Assembly: GCA_007695205.1 (NCBI GenBank)
Contig: REEF01000690.1
Span: forward strand, 1-46,999
Length of the DNA: 46,999 bases
Direction: 5' to 3'
Source of the DNA: Planctomycetaceae bacterium
GTDB taxonomy: Bacteria; Planctomycetota; Planctomycetia; Pirellulales; Pirellulaceae
In this document: positions 7,388 through 14,089 of the stretch, piece after piece
Layout: every line of letters starts with the position of its first letter
How positions within the stretch are numbered: position 1 is the stretch's first letter
Notes under the pieces: model-generated
The model's database searches: none
What the model was told of the DNA's origin: nothing
What the model saw: only the letters and a program-made list of their open reading frames with translations
Translations under genes and position numbers: made by a program

Positions 7388-10027
7388 ATGTTAGCGGAAG
7401 GGCGCGAGCCCTCCGGTGTGCTGGTAAGTTCTGTTCCGCTGCTCGCCAAAATCGTGATGGCTGTACTTTTTGCCGTTTCAACAGTTTCCGCTCAGTCACA
7501 AGAACCTCCTGTTGAGATCGCATCGCCGGAGCAGATTGATGATTACCTGAAGAACTATTGCGTGGCCTGTCATGGTCCCGAACAGCAGAAGGGTGATCTG
7601 AGACTCGATGGACTGAGCCGCGATTTCATTCAGGGCCGAGCCGCCAGCGTGTGGGTCGAGGTGATGGACCGGCTCAATCTGGGCGAAATGCCGCCGGAGG
7701 ACGCGAAGCAGCAACCGACCGCTGCCGAGTCCGCTTGGATCACGCGTTGGGTGGCCGCGAAGGTCGCTGAGGCCCAGTCGCAGGCCAACTCGACCGGCGG
7801 GCGGGTCGTCATGCGAAGGCTCAACCGTGCCGAATACACGAACACGATTCGCGATCTGCTGGGGGTGACGTTCCTCGAAGGGGACGGGCCTTTGAAGGAT
7901 CTCCCGTCGGACGGCAAGGTCGGAGGGTTCGACAAGGTCGGCAAGGCACTGCTGCTCGACCCGTCGCTGATGGATGCGTACTTCCGGATGGCTCGATTGA
8001 TTGCCGACGAGGCGATTCAAACCGCGCCGCCAGAGTTCGAGACCCGCACCTACACCATCGAGCCCGAAGCGTCCGTTCCCAAAGGAGATTACAAGGTTCG
8101 AGCGGGTGAGAACGGGGTCTTCCGCTACCACAGCCCAGACATTTATTTCGCTCCGCATTTGGGGCTCTACCCTGGATCAAAGCTGCGAATTCCCGTCAAG
8201 GGAACCTACCGCTTTCGCTTCAAGTTGGCGGGAATCCCAGGCGAGGACGGCGCGCCGGTGGAGATTCAGATCGTCGAAAAGTTCGCAGGGAACCTGCTGA
8301 CCACGACCGTGGGGGGCACGGTCGAGAAGCCTGAAGTCCACGAAGTTTCTGTGGTGCTCGACCCGAAGATGAACCGTGAAATGCCGATGTTGCGGTTTCT
8401 CAATGTGGTCGGTTATGGCGGAGAGGTCACGCAAAAGCATCATGTCTTTCTGCGATTGCTAGAGGCGGGCGGTAACGACCCGAAGACGCTTCTTCGACTG
8501 ATGGCTCGCGAACGAGCCGAGGCCCCGAATCGTTTTGGGGTCTCGCCCAATGTGCTCAACCGGGACAAGCACCGCACGCTTTACGTCGAGTCTGTCGAGA
8601 TCGAAGGGCCGATTTATCCGAACTGGCCGTCGCGCGCGATGGCACAGCTCTTTCCGAACGGGATCGCCGATGGCTCCGACCGAGCTGTGGCGCTCGCGCA
8701 AGCTCGTGAAGTGTTCTGTCGGTTGCTGCCTCTCGCTTATCGTCGACCGATCGAACAGGGAGAAGTCGATTTCATCCTCAACATGGTCCAAGGCGAAATC
8801 GATAGGGGGCTGCCTTATGCTGAAGCCCTGCGCATCGGCCTGATCTCGATGCTTTGCTCGCCGGAGTTTCTCTTGATCGTCGAACCGCCAACGGACGTAG
8901 CGGCAGGGCGCGAGCGCTCGGGTATCGATAGTGCCGAGGAACCGGACGGCTTGCGCCGTTCCGCTAACGATCGCAAGTACGAAATCAGTCATTACCAACT
9001 CGCGTCGCGGTTGTCGTATTTCCTGTGGTCATCGATGCCTGACGAGAAACTTTTCTCGCTTGCAGCGTCTGGCGAAATTGCGGAACCGACTGTTGTTCGC
9101 AGGGAAGTAGATCGCATGCTGCTTGACCCGAAAGCCGACGCGTTCGCGCACAACTTCGCGGCGCAGTGGTTCAAGACCGAGGAGTTCGCCCGGTTCGCGC
9201 CCGATGAACGGCTCTACCGCAAAGTGTATTCCCCCAAGTTCAAGGGCTTGGACAACGACCTGCAGCGACAGCCGCTGGCCATGTTTCGTGAGTTGCTGAC
9301 GACCGATGGCAATGTACTGGACATCATCGACTCCGATTGGACGATGGTCAACGAACGGCTCGCCGCGATATATGCCATTCCCGACGTGCAAGGAGCCGAG
9401 TTCCAAAGAGTCGCGTTGCCGGAAGGTTCGCACCGAGGCGGACTGCTGGGGATGGCCGGAGTTCATCGTTGGGGGAGCGACGGTGTGCGCACCAAGCCTG
9501 TCGAACGCGGCAAGTACATTCTCGATGTCCTCTTCAACGACCCGCCCCCTCCGCCACCGCCCAACGTCGGCGAAGTGGAACCGAACATTGAAGGCAAGAA
9601 CCTGACCGTCCGCGAGCGGCTCGTCCAGCATCAGAAGATCGAGTCCTGTGCCAACTGCCACCGTCGAATCGACCCCTACGGCCTGGCGATGGAGAACTTC
9701 AACGTGATTGGTGAGTGGCGGGACAAACAGGATGGCGAGGACACGAATTGGGGAGCGAAGGCTCCGCCCATTGACGTCTCCGGGGTCCTGCCCAGCGGCC
9801 GCGAGTTCGCGAATTTCGCCGAGTTCAAAGAGTCGCTAGTGGAACAGAAGGAGCGTTACCTGCGCGGCCTGACCGAGAAGATGATGACTTATGCCCTGGG
9901 ACGCACGCTGGAGGCCTCCGACCGCCCCGCAGTCGAATCCATTGTCGAACAAATGAAGCAGAATCAGTTTACGATCCGCACGCTGGTTGCGGGCATTGTC
10001 ACGTCTCACCCCTTCCGAACCAAGTGA
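7388..10027 (+). CDS. Secreted DUF1592-family protein (DUF1587/1592/1595/1588/1585-type architecture) with two CxxCH motifs, paralog 1
   Basis: Motifs: CVACH..LNLGEMPPE (PSCyt-like), RRLNRAEYTNTIRDLLGV, LASRLSYFLWSSMPDEKL, HRGGLLGMAGV, PPPPPPPN, CANCHRRIDPYGLAMENF. The start is uncertain: ATG 7388, GTG 7418 and ATG 7457 all precede the hydrophobic LLAKIVMAVLFAVSTVSAQS. ATG 7238 would give an ATGA overlap with the LRR gene stop, but it adds about 60 residues encoded by the hairpin/repeat DNA. Confidence 0.85.
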   Translation: MLAEGREPSGVLVSSVPLLAKIVMAVLFAVSTVSAQSQEPPVEIASPEQIDDYLKNYCVACHGPEQQKGDLRLDGLSRDFIQGRAASVWVEVMDRLNLGEMPPEDAKQQPTAAESAWITRWVAAKVAEAQSQANSTGGRVVMRRLNRAEYTNTIRDLLGVTFLEGDGPLKDLPSDGKVGGFDKVGKALLLDPSLMDAYFRMARLIADEAIQTAPPEFETRTYTIEPEASVPKGDYKVRAGENGVFRYHSPDIYFAPHLGLYPGSKLRIPVKGTYRFRFKLAGIPGEDGAPVEIQIVEKFAGNLLTTTVGGTVEKPEVHEVSVVLDPKMNREMPMLRFLNVVGYGGEVTQKHHVFLRLLEAGGNDPKTLLRLMARERAEAPNRFGVSPNVLNRDKHRTLYVESVEIEGPIYPNWPSRAMAQLFPNGIADGSDRAVALAQAREVFCRLLPLAYRRPIEQGEVDFILNMVQGEIDRGLPYAEALRIGLISMLCSPEFLLIVEPPTDVAAGRERSGIDSAEEPDGLRRSANDRKYEISHYQLASRLSYFLWSSMPDEKLFSLAASGEIAEPTVVRREVDRMLLDPKADAFAHNFAAQWFKTEEFARFAPDERLYRKVYSPKFKGLDNDLQRQPLAMFRELLTTDGNVLDIIDSDWTMVNERLAAIYAIPDVQGAEFQRVALPEGSHRGGLLGMAGVHRWGSDGVRTKPVERGKYILDVLFNDPPPPPPPNVGEVEPNIEGKNLTVRERLVQHQKIESCANCHRRIDPYGLAMENFNVIGEWRDKQDGEDTNWGAKAPPIDVSGVLPSGREFANFAEFKESLVEQKERYLRGLTEKMMTYALGRTLEASDRPAVESIVEQMKQNQFTIRTLVAGIVTSHPFRTK
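7391..7418 (+). repeat. Family-A hairpin repeat unit (copy A1)
   Basis: TTAGCGGAAGGGCGCGAGCCCTCCGGTG. It shares the consensus TAGCGG-N2-3-GGCGCRAGCC-N-TCCGGT with the copies at 8897-8968 and 11379-11508. Confidence 0.7.
8897..8968. repeat. Family-A repeat pair (A2 forward, A3 reverse) lying inside the paralog-1 coding sequence
   Basis: GTAGCGGCAGGGCGCGAGCGCTCGGGT (8897-8923) and ACCGGACGGCTTGCGCCGTTCCGCTAAC (8941-8968). Together they span 72 nt, starting on a codon boundary, and encode VAAGRERSGIDSAEEPDGLRRSAN. Confidence 0.7.
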
Positions 10028-10036
10028 GGAAATTCC

Positions 10037-11353
10037 ATGAACCTTCGCCAACCTCTTTCTCGCCGTACTGTACTGCGTGGTCTGGGCGTTTCGCTCAGCT
10101 TGCCGTTTCTCGAAGCCATGCTGCCGAAGTCGCTGTCGGCGGCAACCAGCATGGCCATCCCGGCCAGGTCCGCGATCTTCTACTTCGGCACAGGGATGAA
10201 TATGCGAGTGTTTACGCCGCAGGACGAAGGGAGGAACTTCACACTGACTCCGACATTGGAACCGTTTGCGCCGTTTCGCGATCAGATGACGGTGCTCTCG
10301 GGAACCTATCTCGAACACGGCGGCGGACACGGCGGCGACTATCCGTTTCTCACCGGCACATCGGCTGGTGCGACGAAGATGACGATCTCTGCCGACCAGA
10401 TCGCCGCCGCCCAGATCGGGCATCACACGCGGTTCCCCTCGCTCCAGTTCTCTGAAACGAAAGGGACAGGGTATCCAGGCAATGTCAGCACGTTGTCATG
10501 GTCCGAGCAGGGGATTCCTCTGCCAGCAGAGAATGACCCCAAAGCGATTTTCGATCGACTCTTCGCGTCGGTGTCTGTAGATGAACAGCGGTTGAATGAG
10601 CACCGTTTCCGCCAGCGAGCCAGCATTCTCGATGGCCTGGTTGGCAAGGCGAAGGATTTGGAAAAGAAAATCAGCGCGACCGACAAGTCGAAGCTCGACG
10701 AGTTCATGACTTCGATTCGCGGTGTCGAAAGCGAATTGCAACGCGACATCGCATGGGCAACGACGCCAAAGCCGCAGCCGACGACTGCCGGGATGGGCGA
10801 CTTTCAACAGAAATTCAATCCCATCGAGGACGCACGGCGCTATTTCCATCTCATGTACGACCTGACGACGCTGGCGTTTCAGACCGATTCGACTCGGCTG
10901 ATCACGTTTATGGTGCGTGTCGAATCCGCTGGCGGGGCCTTGGTGACAACGAAGATGCAGAATCTTGCAGGCGGCTTCCACTCGATGACGCATCATGGGG
11001 AAGATCCGGTGAAGCTGCGAGACCTCGCCCGGATCGACCGCGTTTACATGGAGCATTTCGCCCGCGTCCTGAAAGGTCTCTCCGAGATGAAAGAGCCGGA
11101 TGGGTCGTCCCTGCTCGATCACACGATGCTGGCGTTTTCCAGCGGCATGGGCATGGGCCACAGTCGCGATCTGCTGCCAACGGCGATCTTCGGTGGATCG
11201 GCCCTTGGCATCGAACATCAAGGCCACCTGAAGTTGCCGCCGAACACGCCGCTGTCGTCGCTGTGGCACACGATGCTGGACCGAATGCAGGTGCAGGTTC
11301 CGAAAGACTTTCAGGATTCCCCCGGACCGATCAAACAACTCATCAAGGCCTGA
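10037..11353 (+). CDS. DUF1552 domain protein with TAT-type leader (partner of paralog 1)
   Basis: Leader LSRRTVLRGLGVSLSLPFLEAM. Also HGGGHGGDYPFLTG, FQTDSTRLITF and FHSMTHHGED. The gene starts 9 nt after the upstream stop. Confidence 0.9.
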   Translation: MNLRQPLSRRTVLRGLGVSLSLPFLEAMLPKSLSAATSMAIPARSAIFYFGTGMNMRVFTPQDEGRNFTLTPTLEPFAPFRDQMTVLSGTYLEHGGGHGGDYPFLTGTSAGATKMTISADQIAAAQIGHHTRFPSLQFSETKGTGYPGNVSTLSWSEQGIPLPAENDPKAIFDRLFASVSVDEQRLNEHRFRQRASILDGLVGKAKDLEKKISATDKSKLDEFMTSIRGVESELQRDIAWATTPKPQPTTAGMGDFQQKFNPIEDARRYFHLMYDLTTLAFQTDSTRLITFMVRVESAGGALVTTKMQNLAGGFHSMTHHGEDPVKLRDLARIDRVYMEHFARVLKGLSEMKEPDGSSLLDHTMLAFSSGMGMGHSRDLLPTAIFGGSALGIEHQGHLKLPPNTPLSSLWHTMLDRMQVQVPKDFQDSPGPIKQLIKA

Positions 11354-11359
11354 CAACCA

Positions 11360-12571
11360 ATGAGCACATTATACGAAATAGCGGAGCGGCGCAAGCCGCC
11401 CGGTTCCACCACCGCTCGTGCCGCAACACCGGACGGCTTGCGCCGTAACGCAACGCCAAACGGCTTGCGCCGTAACGAGACACCGGACGGCTTGCGCCGT
11501 GCCGCTACAACATCACTCGCGGTGCTCTTCGCCACGCTGGCAATAGCGACATCCGTGCTCGCCGAAGAGACCAATACTCTGGGAATGAAACTCGTTCCCA
11601 TCCAGCCGGGAACGCTCAAGCGAGGCATCGCGGATGACGAAATCCGCGCGCACGCCGAGCAGTTCACCTACGTTCTGTCTAAGGTAGCAGGTTACTTCGA
11701 AAACCAGGGCGAATACGGCTCCGGGCTGCACACAGCGAAAATCACCCGGCCGTTCCATGTCGGCGCGACCGAGGTCACCCGCGGCCAGTTCCGGAAATTC
11801 GTCGAAGAAACGCGGCACATCACCGACGCGGAGATGGCAGGCCAACCGAATGCGCCCGGTGCGCCGATGCTCGGGTTCACACCGCCGCGCGCCATTGGCG
11901 CGGTGAAGACGCTGGAGGAACTCGACATCGTTTCTTCCACGAAATACACATGGAAAAATCCTGGGTTCGCACAAACCGACGAGCACCCTGTCGTCGGCGT
12001 GTCATGGCATGACGCAGTCGCTTTCTGCCAGTGGCTCAGCAAGAAAGAGGGAAAAACCTACCGACTGCCGACCGAAGCCGAGTGGGAATACGTCTGTCGT
12101 GCGGGAACCTGGGGACAGGCCTATTGGTTTGGCCCCGATCCGTATCAGGCATACCGCTTTGCCAACATCGGCACGTCCGAGTTGGAGAAAGCCTATCCGA
12201 AAATGGTCCTCGAAAAATGGGTGATCGACGTTGAAAAAGAACCCAGCGACGGTTTCGTTTACACCGCGCCTGTTGGCAGTTACCCGGCCAACCCATGGGG
12301 ACTGCACGACGCCCATGGTAATGTTTTCGAATGGTGCCAGGATGCCTACTCGTTCACGGCCTACAAGGATCTTGCGCAGGCGGCCGGCAAGGACCGTGTT
12401 GTGGCAGACCCCCTTGTGCTCAAACCGACGACGGAAGGCGTCGATGTCCGGGTCATTCGCGGTGGCTCGTTCTATTCTTCTCCGCAAAACTTCATGGCCT
12501 GCACCCGATCCTTCTTTCTCGCGGCGGACTCGGCGTGCTACATCGGTTTCCGCGTGGTCAGGGGGAACTGA
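11360..12571 (+). CDS. FGE-sulfatase-domain protein (SUMF1/EgtB/PvdO family), probably not a canonical formylglycine-generating enzyme
   Basis: Motifs: HPVVGVSWHDAVAFCQWLSKKEGKTYRLPTEAEWEYVCRAGT, NPWGLHDAHGNVFEWCQD, RGGSFYS...IGFRVV. The only in-frame ATG is 11360, with an alternative GTG at 11522. Codons 7-50 are encoded by family-A repeats. Confidence 0.8.
   Translation: MSTLYEIAERRKPPGSTTARAATPDGLRRNATPNGLRRNETPDGLRRAATTSLAVLFATLAIATSVLAEETNTLGMKLVPIQPGTLKRGIADDEIRAHAEQFTYVLSKVAGYFENQGEYGSGLHTAKITRPFHVGATEVTRGQFRKFVEETRHITDAEMAGQPNAPGAPMLGFTPPRAIGAVKTLEELDIVSSTKYTWKNPGFAQTDEHPVVGVSWHDAVAFCQWLSKKEGKTYRLPTEAEWEYVCRAGTWGQAYWFGPDPYQAYRFANIGTSELEKAYPKMVLEKWVIDVEKEPSDGFVYTAPVGSYPANPWGLHDAHGNVFEWCQDAYSFTAYKDLAQAAGKDRVVADPLVLKPTTEGVDVRVIRGGSFYSSPQNFMACTRSFFLAADSACYIGFRVVRGN
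11379..11508. repeat. Family-A repeat cluster: one forward unit plus three tandem reverse units
   Basis: Forward ATAGCGGAGCGGCGCAAGCCGCCCGGTT (11379-11406). Reverse units containing ACGGCTTGCGCCGT lie at 11428-11450, 11457-11477 and 11482-11508. They translate as PDGLRRNATPNGLRRNETPDGLRR. Confidence 0.75.
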
Positions 12572-12637
12572 CTTATGCTGCATCCACTTGGAAAGCCAAG
12601 ATCGGCACAGATTCAACCCGCATTTTTAGGAAGCATC

Positions 12638-12736
12638 ATGATACGCCTCGTTGGAATTTTGCTGTTAACTGCTTGTGTGGTCCATCCAGTCGATCCCTCG
12701 AGATGCAAAGCAAGCGATTCGGGAGCAAATCGATGA
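12638..12736 (+). CDS. Candidate 32-codon lipoprotein-type small ORF (MIRLVGILLLTAC...)
   Basis: AGGAAG lies 4 nt upstream of ATG 12638. The peptide has a hydrophobic stretch ending in the lipobox-like LTAC. Its TGA (12734-12736) overlaps ATG 12733 of the next gene. It is too short for composition-based support. Confidence 0.25.
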   Translation: MIRLVGILLLTACVVHPVDPSRCKASDSGANR

Positions 12737-13830
12737 ACACCATCTCGAAGTCTGCAATGAAAAACATCGTGTTCTGGGCTCGCCGGGTGTTAGGCATCGT
12801 GCTGATCCTGTTCCTGTCTGCCGCAATACCGGCTGTGGGGGCCGAGTCGAAATTCACCATCGAACCTGTGGGCGGCAAAGTGACCGCGTCCTGGAAAGGG
12901 ACGGCGGACACCAGCGGCATTGACCTCGCTCCGACGGACGATGAGATCGCTGCGCTGGCCTCGCATTCGGAGATCGAAGCCATCCACATTTCCGGGACGA
13001 CCCGTTTCACCGGGAAAGGATTTGCCGCTTTGAAAGGGCTGTCGAAGCTGCGCGAGCTGAGCTTTGGTGGCACCGGCCCTGGTCAGTTCTCGGAAATGTT
13101 CCCGCCCGGATCACTCGAGGGTTACCACGCGCTCGCCGAACTGGATCAGGTGACTCGCCTGAACCTGGACCACGTCATGCTGCCTGTCGAAGGCGCGGTC
13201 ATTCTCCTGAAAGGGATGGCGGGACTGGAGCACGCGGGACTCGGCGTCTTTGCCGATGATAAAATCGTCGCCGCGGCGGCTGACGCGCCAAAACTGAAGA
13301 CGCTTTCCTTCGCTCACTGGGCCACGGTCCCTGAGAGTCCGCTCACCAAGGCCGGGGCTCAGGCTTTCGCCAGATTACGCTCGCTCGAATCGCTGCACGC
13401 GGGAGCACAGGGCCCGCCCGCCGGAGGTTCCATGCGCGATCTGACCGAGGCTGTGGCGAAGATAGAAACGCTCAAGTCCCTGACGCTTGCGTTCACCAGC
13501 GTGAAGAGTCACGGCAAGCCGAAGAATCCGGCGACTGCCGCCGATCTCGAACCGCTAGTAGCGCTGGCGAACCTGGAACGGCTCGGTATTCAACACGCGA
13601 GTCTCGATCGGGCGGCCGCGAGCAAACTAGCGGAGATAGGCTCAGTCAAAATCGTGAGCTTCAGCGCTGTGAATCTTGACGACGGAGCATTGGTGGCACT
13701 GAAGGCGTTGCCGAATCTCGCAGTCGTAGAAATCTGGAACTCCTGTGATTGGTCCGACGCCGATCTGGAATCGCTCAAGGCCGCCAAGCCGAAGGTCAGA
13801 TTCCACATGGTGGGAGGGCCGAAAAAATGA
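12733..13830 (+). CDS. Secreted leucine-rich-repeat-like protein (hypothetical), paralog of 6282..7241
   Basis: The internal ATG 12733 (alternatives 12703 and 12757) of ORF 12331..13830 gives MNTISKSAMKNIVFWARRVLGIVLILFLSAAIPAVGA. The body has LRR-like LSKLRELSFGG, LKTLSFAHW, LKSLTLAF, LERLGIQHA and LPNLAVVEIWN. The ORF-track start would overlap the FGE-like gene by 240 nt. Confidence 0.6.
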   Translation: MNTISKSAMKNIVFWARRVLGIVLILFLSAAIPAVGAESKFTIEPVGGKVTASWKGTADTSGIDLAPTDDEIAALASHSEIEAIHISGTTRFTGKGFAALKGLSKLRELSFGGTGPGQFSEMFPPGSLEGYHALAELDQVTRLNLDHVMLPVEGAVILLKGMAGLEHAGLGVFADDKIVAAAADAPKLKTLSFAHWATVPESPLTKAGAQAFARLRSLESLHAGAQGPPAGGSMRDLTEAVAKIETLKSLTLAFTSVKSHGKPKNPATAADLEPLVALANLERLGIQHASLDRAAASKLAEIGSVKIVSFSAVNLDDGALVALKALPNLAVVEIWNSCDWSDADLESLKAAKPKVRFHMVGGPKK

Positions 13831-13850
13831 GCACGATCGCATGGGCCGCT

Positions 13851-13958
13851 CGACAGTCGTTCGTCACGTATGAGGCTGGGTTCAAACATCCGGTGCCTCT
13901 CAAAGGTCGGCTCAAGACGCTCGATCTCTCGATGAGCCTCGTGAACGCCGCCGATCGG
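13851..13958 (+). pseudogene. Relic of the 3' end of a third LRR-like gene
   Basis: RQSFVTYEAGFKHPVPLKGRLKTLDLSMSLVNAAD aligns with QEAFVTYEGGFQHLLPMRGRLKTLDLSMSVVNADD near the C-terminus of 6282..7241. Roughly 70% of nucleotides match by eye. The match stops at the family-B repeat (13963). Confidence 0.6.
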
Positions 13959-13962
13959 ATGT

Positions 13963-14061
13963 GGGATAGGCATCCTGCCTGTCTTGGTTGCGGAGAGATC
14001 GTCGACAATCACAGCAGGTCGGTCTTGAGTCAGAAAAAATGACAGGCTGGAAGCCTATCCC
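13963..14061. repeat. Family-B palindromic element (two inverted hairpin units, 57-nt spacer)
   Basis: GGGATAGGCATCCTGCCTGTC (13963-13983) and GACAGGCTGGAAGCCTATCCC (14041-14061). The arms differ only in the 5-nt centre of each unit. Confidence 0.75.
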
Positions 14062-14089
14062 ACGGAACAAGCAGTCCAGGAACACTTCG

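Noticed and set aside
9538-9565. Proline-codon run (CCGCCCCCTCCGCCACCGCCC), with equivalents at about 16250 and 20228, considered as slippage-prone repeats.
   Set aside because: It encodes the conserved PPPPPP(N/D) motif present in all three paralogs with different codon choices. It is therefore a protein-level feature, not a DNA repeat.
11428-11508. Three tandem copies of ..ACGGCTTGCGCCGT.. considered as a mini CRISPR array.
   Set aside because: The units are only about 21-27 nt with 4-8 nt between them. They belong to a dispersed hairpin family also found at 7391 and 8897-8968. No cas genes or leader are present.
12331-12732. Long N-terminal extensions offered by the ORF track (12331, 23436, 29473, 34288, 36047, 36874, 42367, 31576, 27890, 2434..3342, 149..1021).
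   Set aside because: The extensions overlap the preceding gene by 50-400 nt and are Arg/Pro-rich. An internal ATG (usually forming an ATGA overlap with the previous stop) gives a canonical family N-terminus or signal peptide.
13827-14042. 71-codon ORF (MSTIAWAARQSF...) as a genuine small gene.
   Set aside because: Its first half is a diverged copy of the C-terminus of the LRR-like gene, and its second half is translated family-B repeat. It is better explained as a relic plus a repeat.
13988-14089. MTGWKPIPR-type starts for paralogs 2 and 3 (ATG 14039; ORF-track starts 13988 and 18137).
   Set aside because: These codons are encoded by the family-B palindromic repeat, which also occurs between genes. 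The downstream ATGs (14090, 18233) are directly followed by proper signal peptides.
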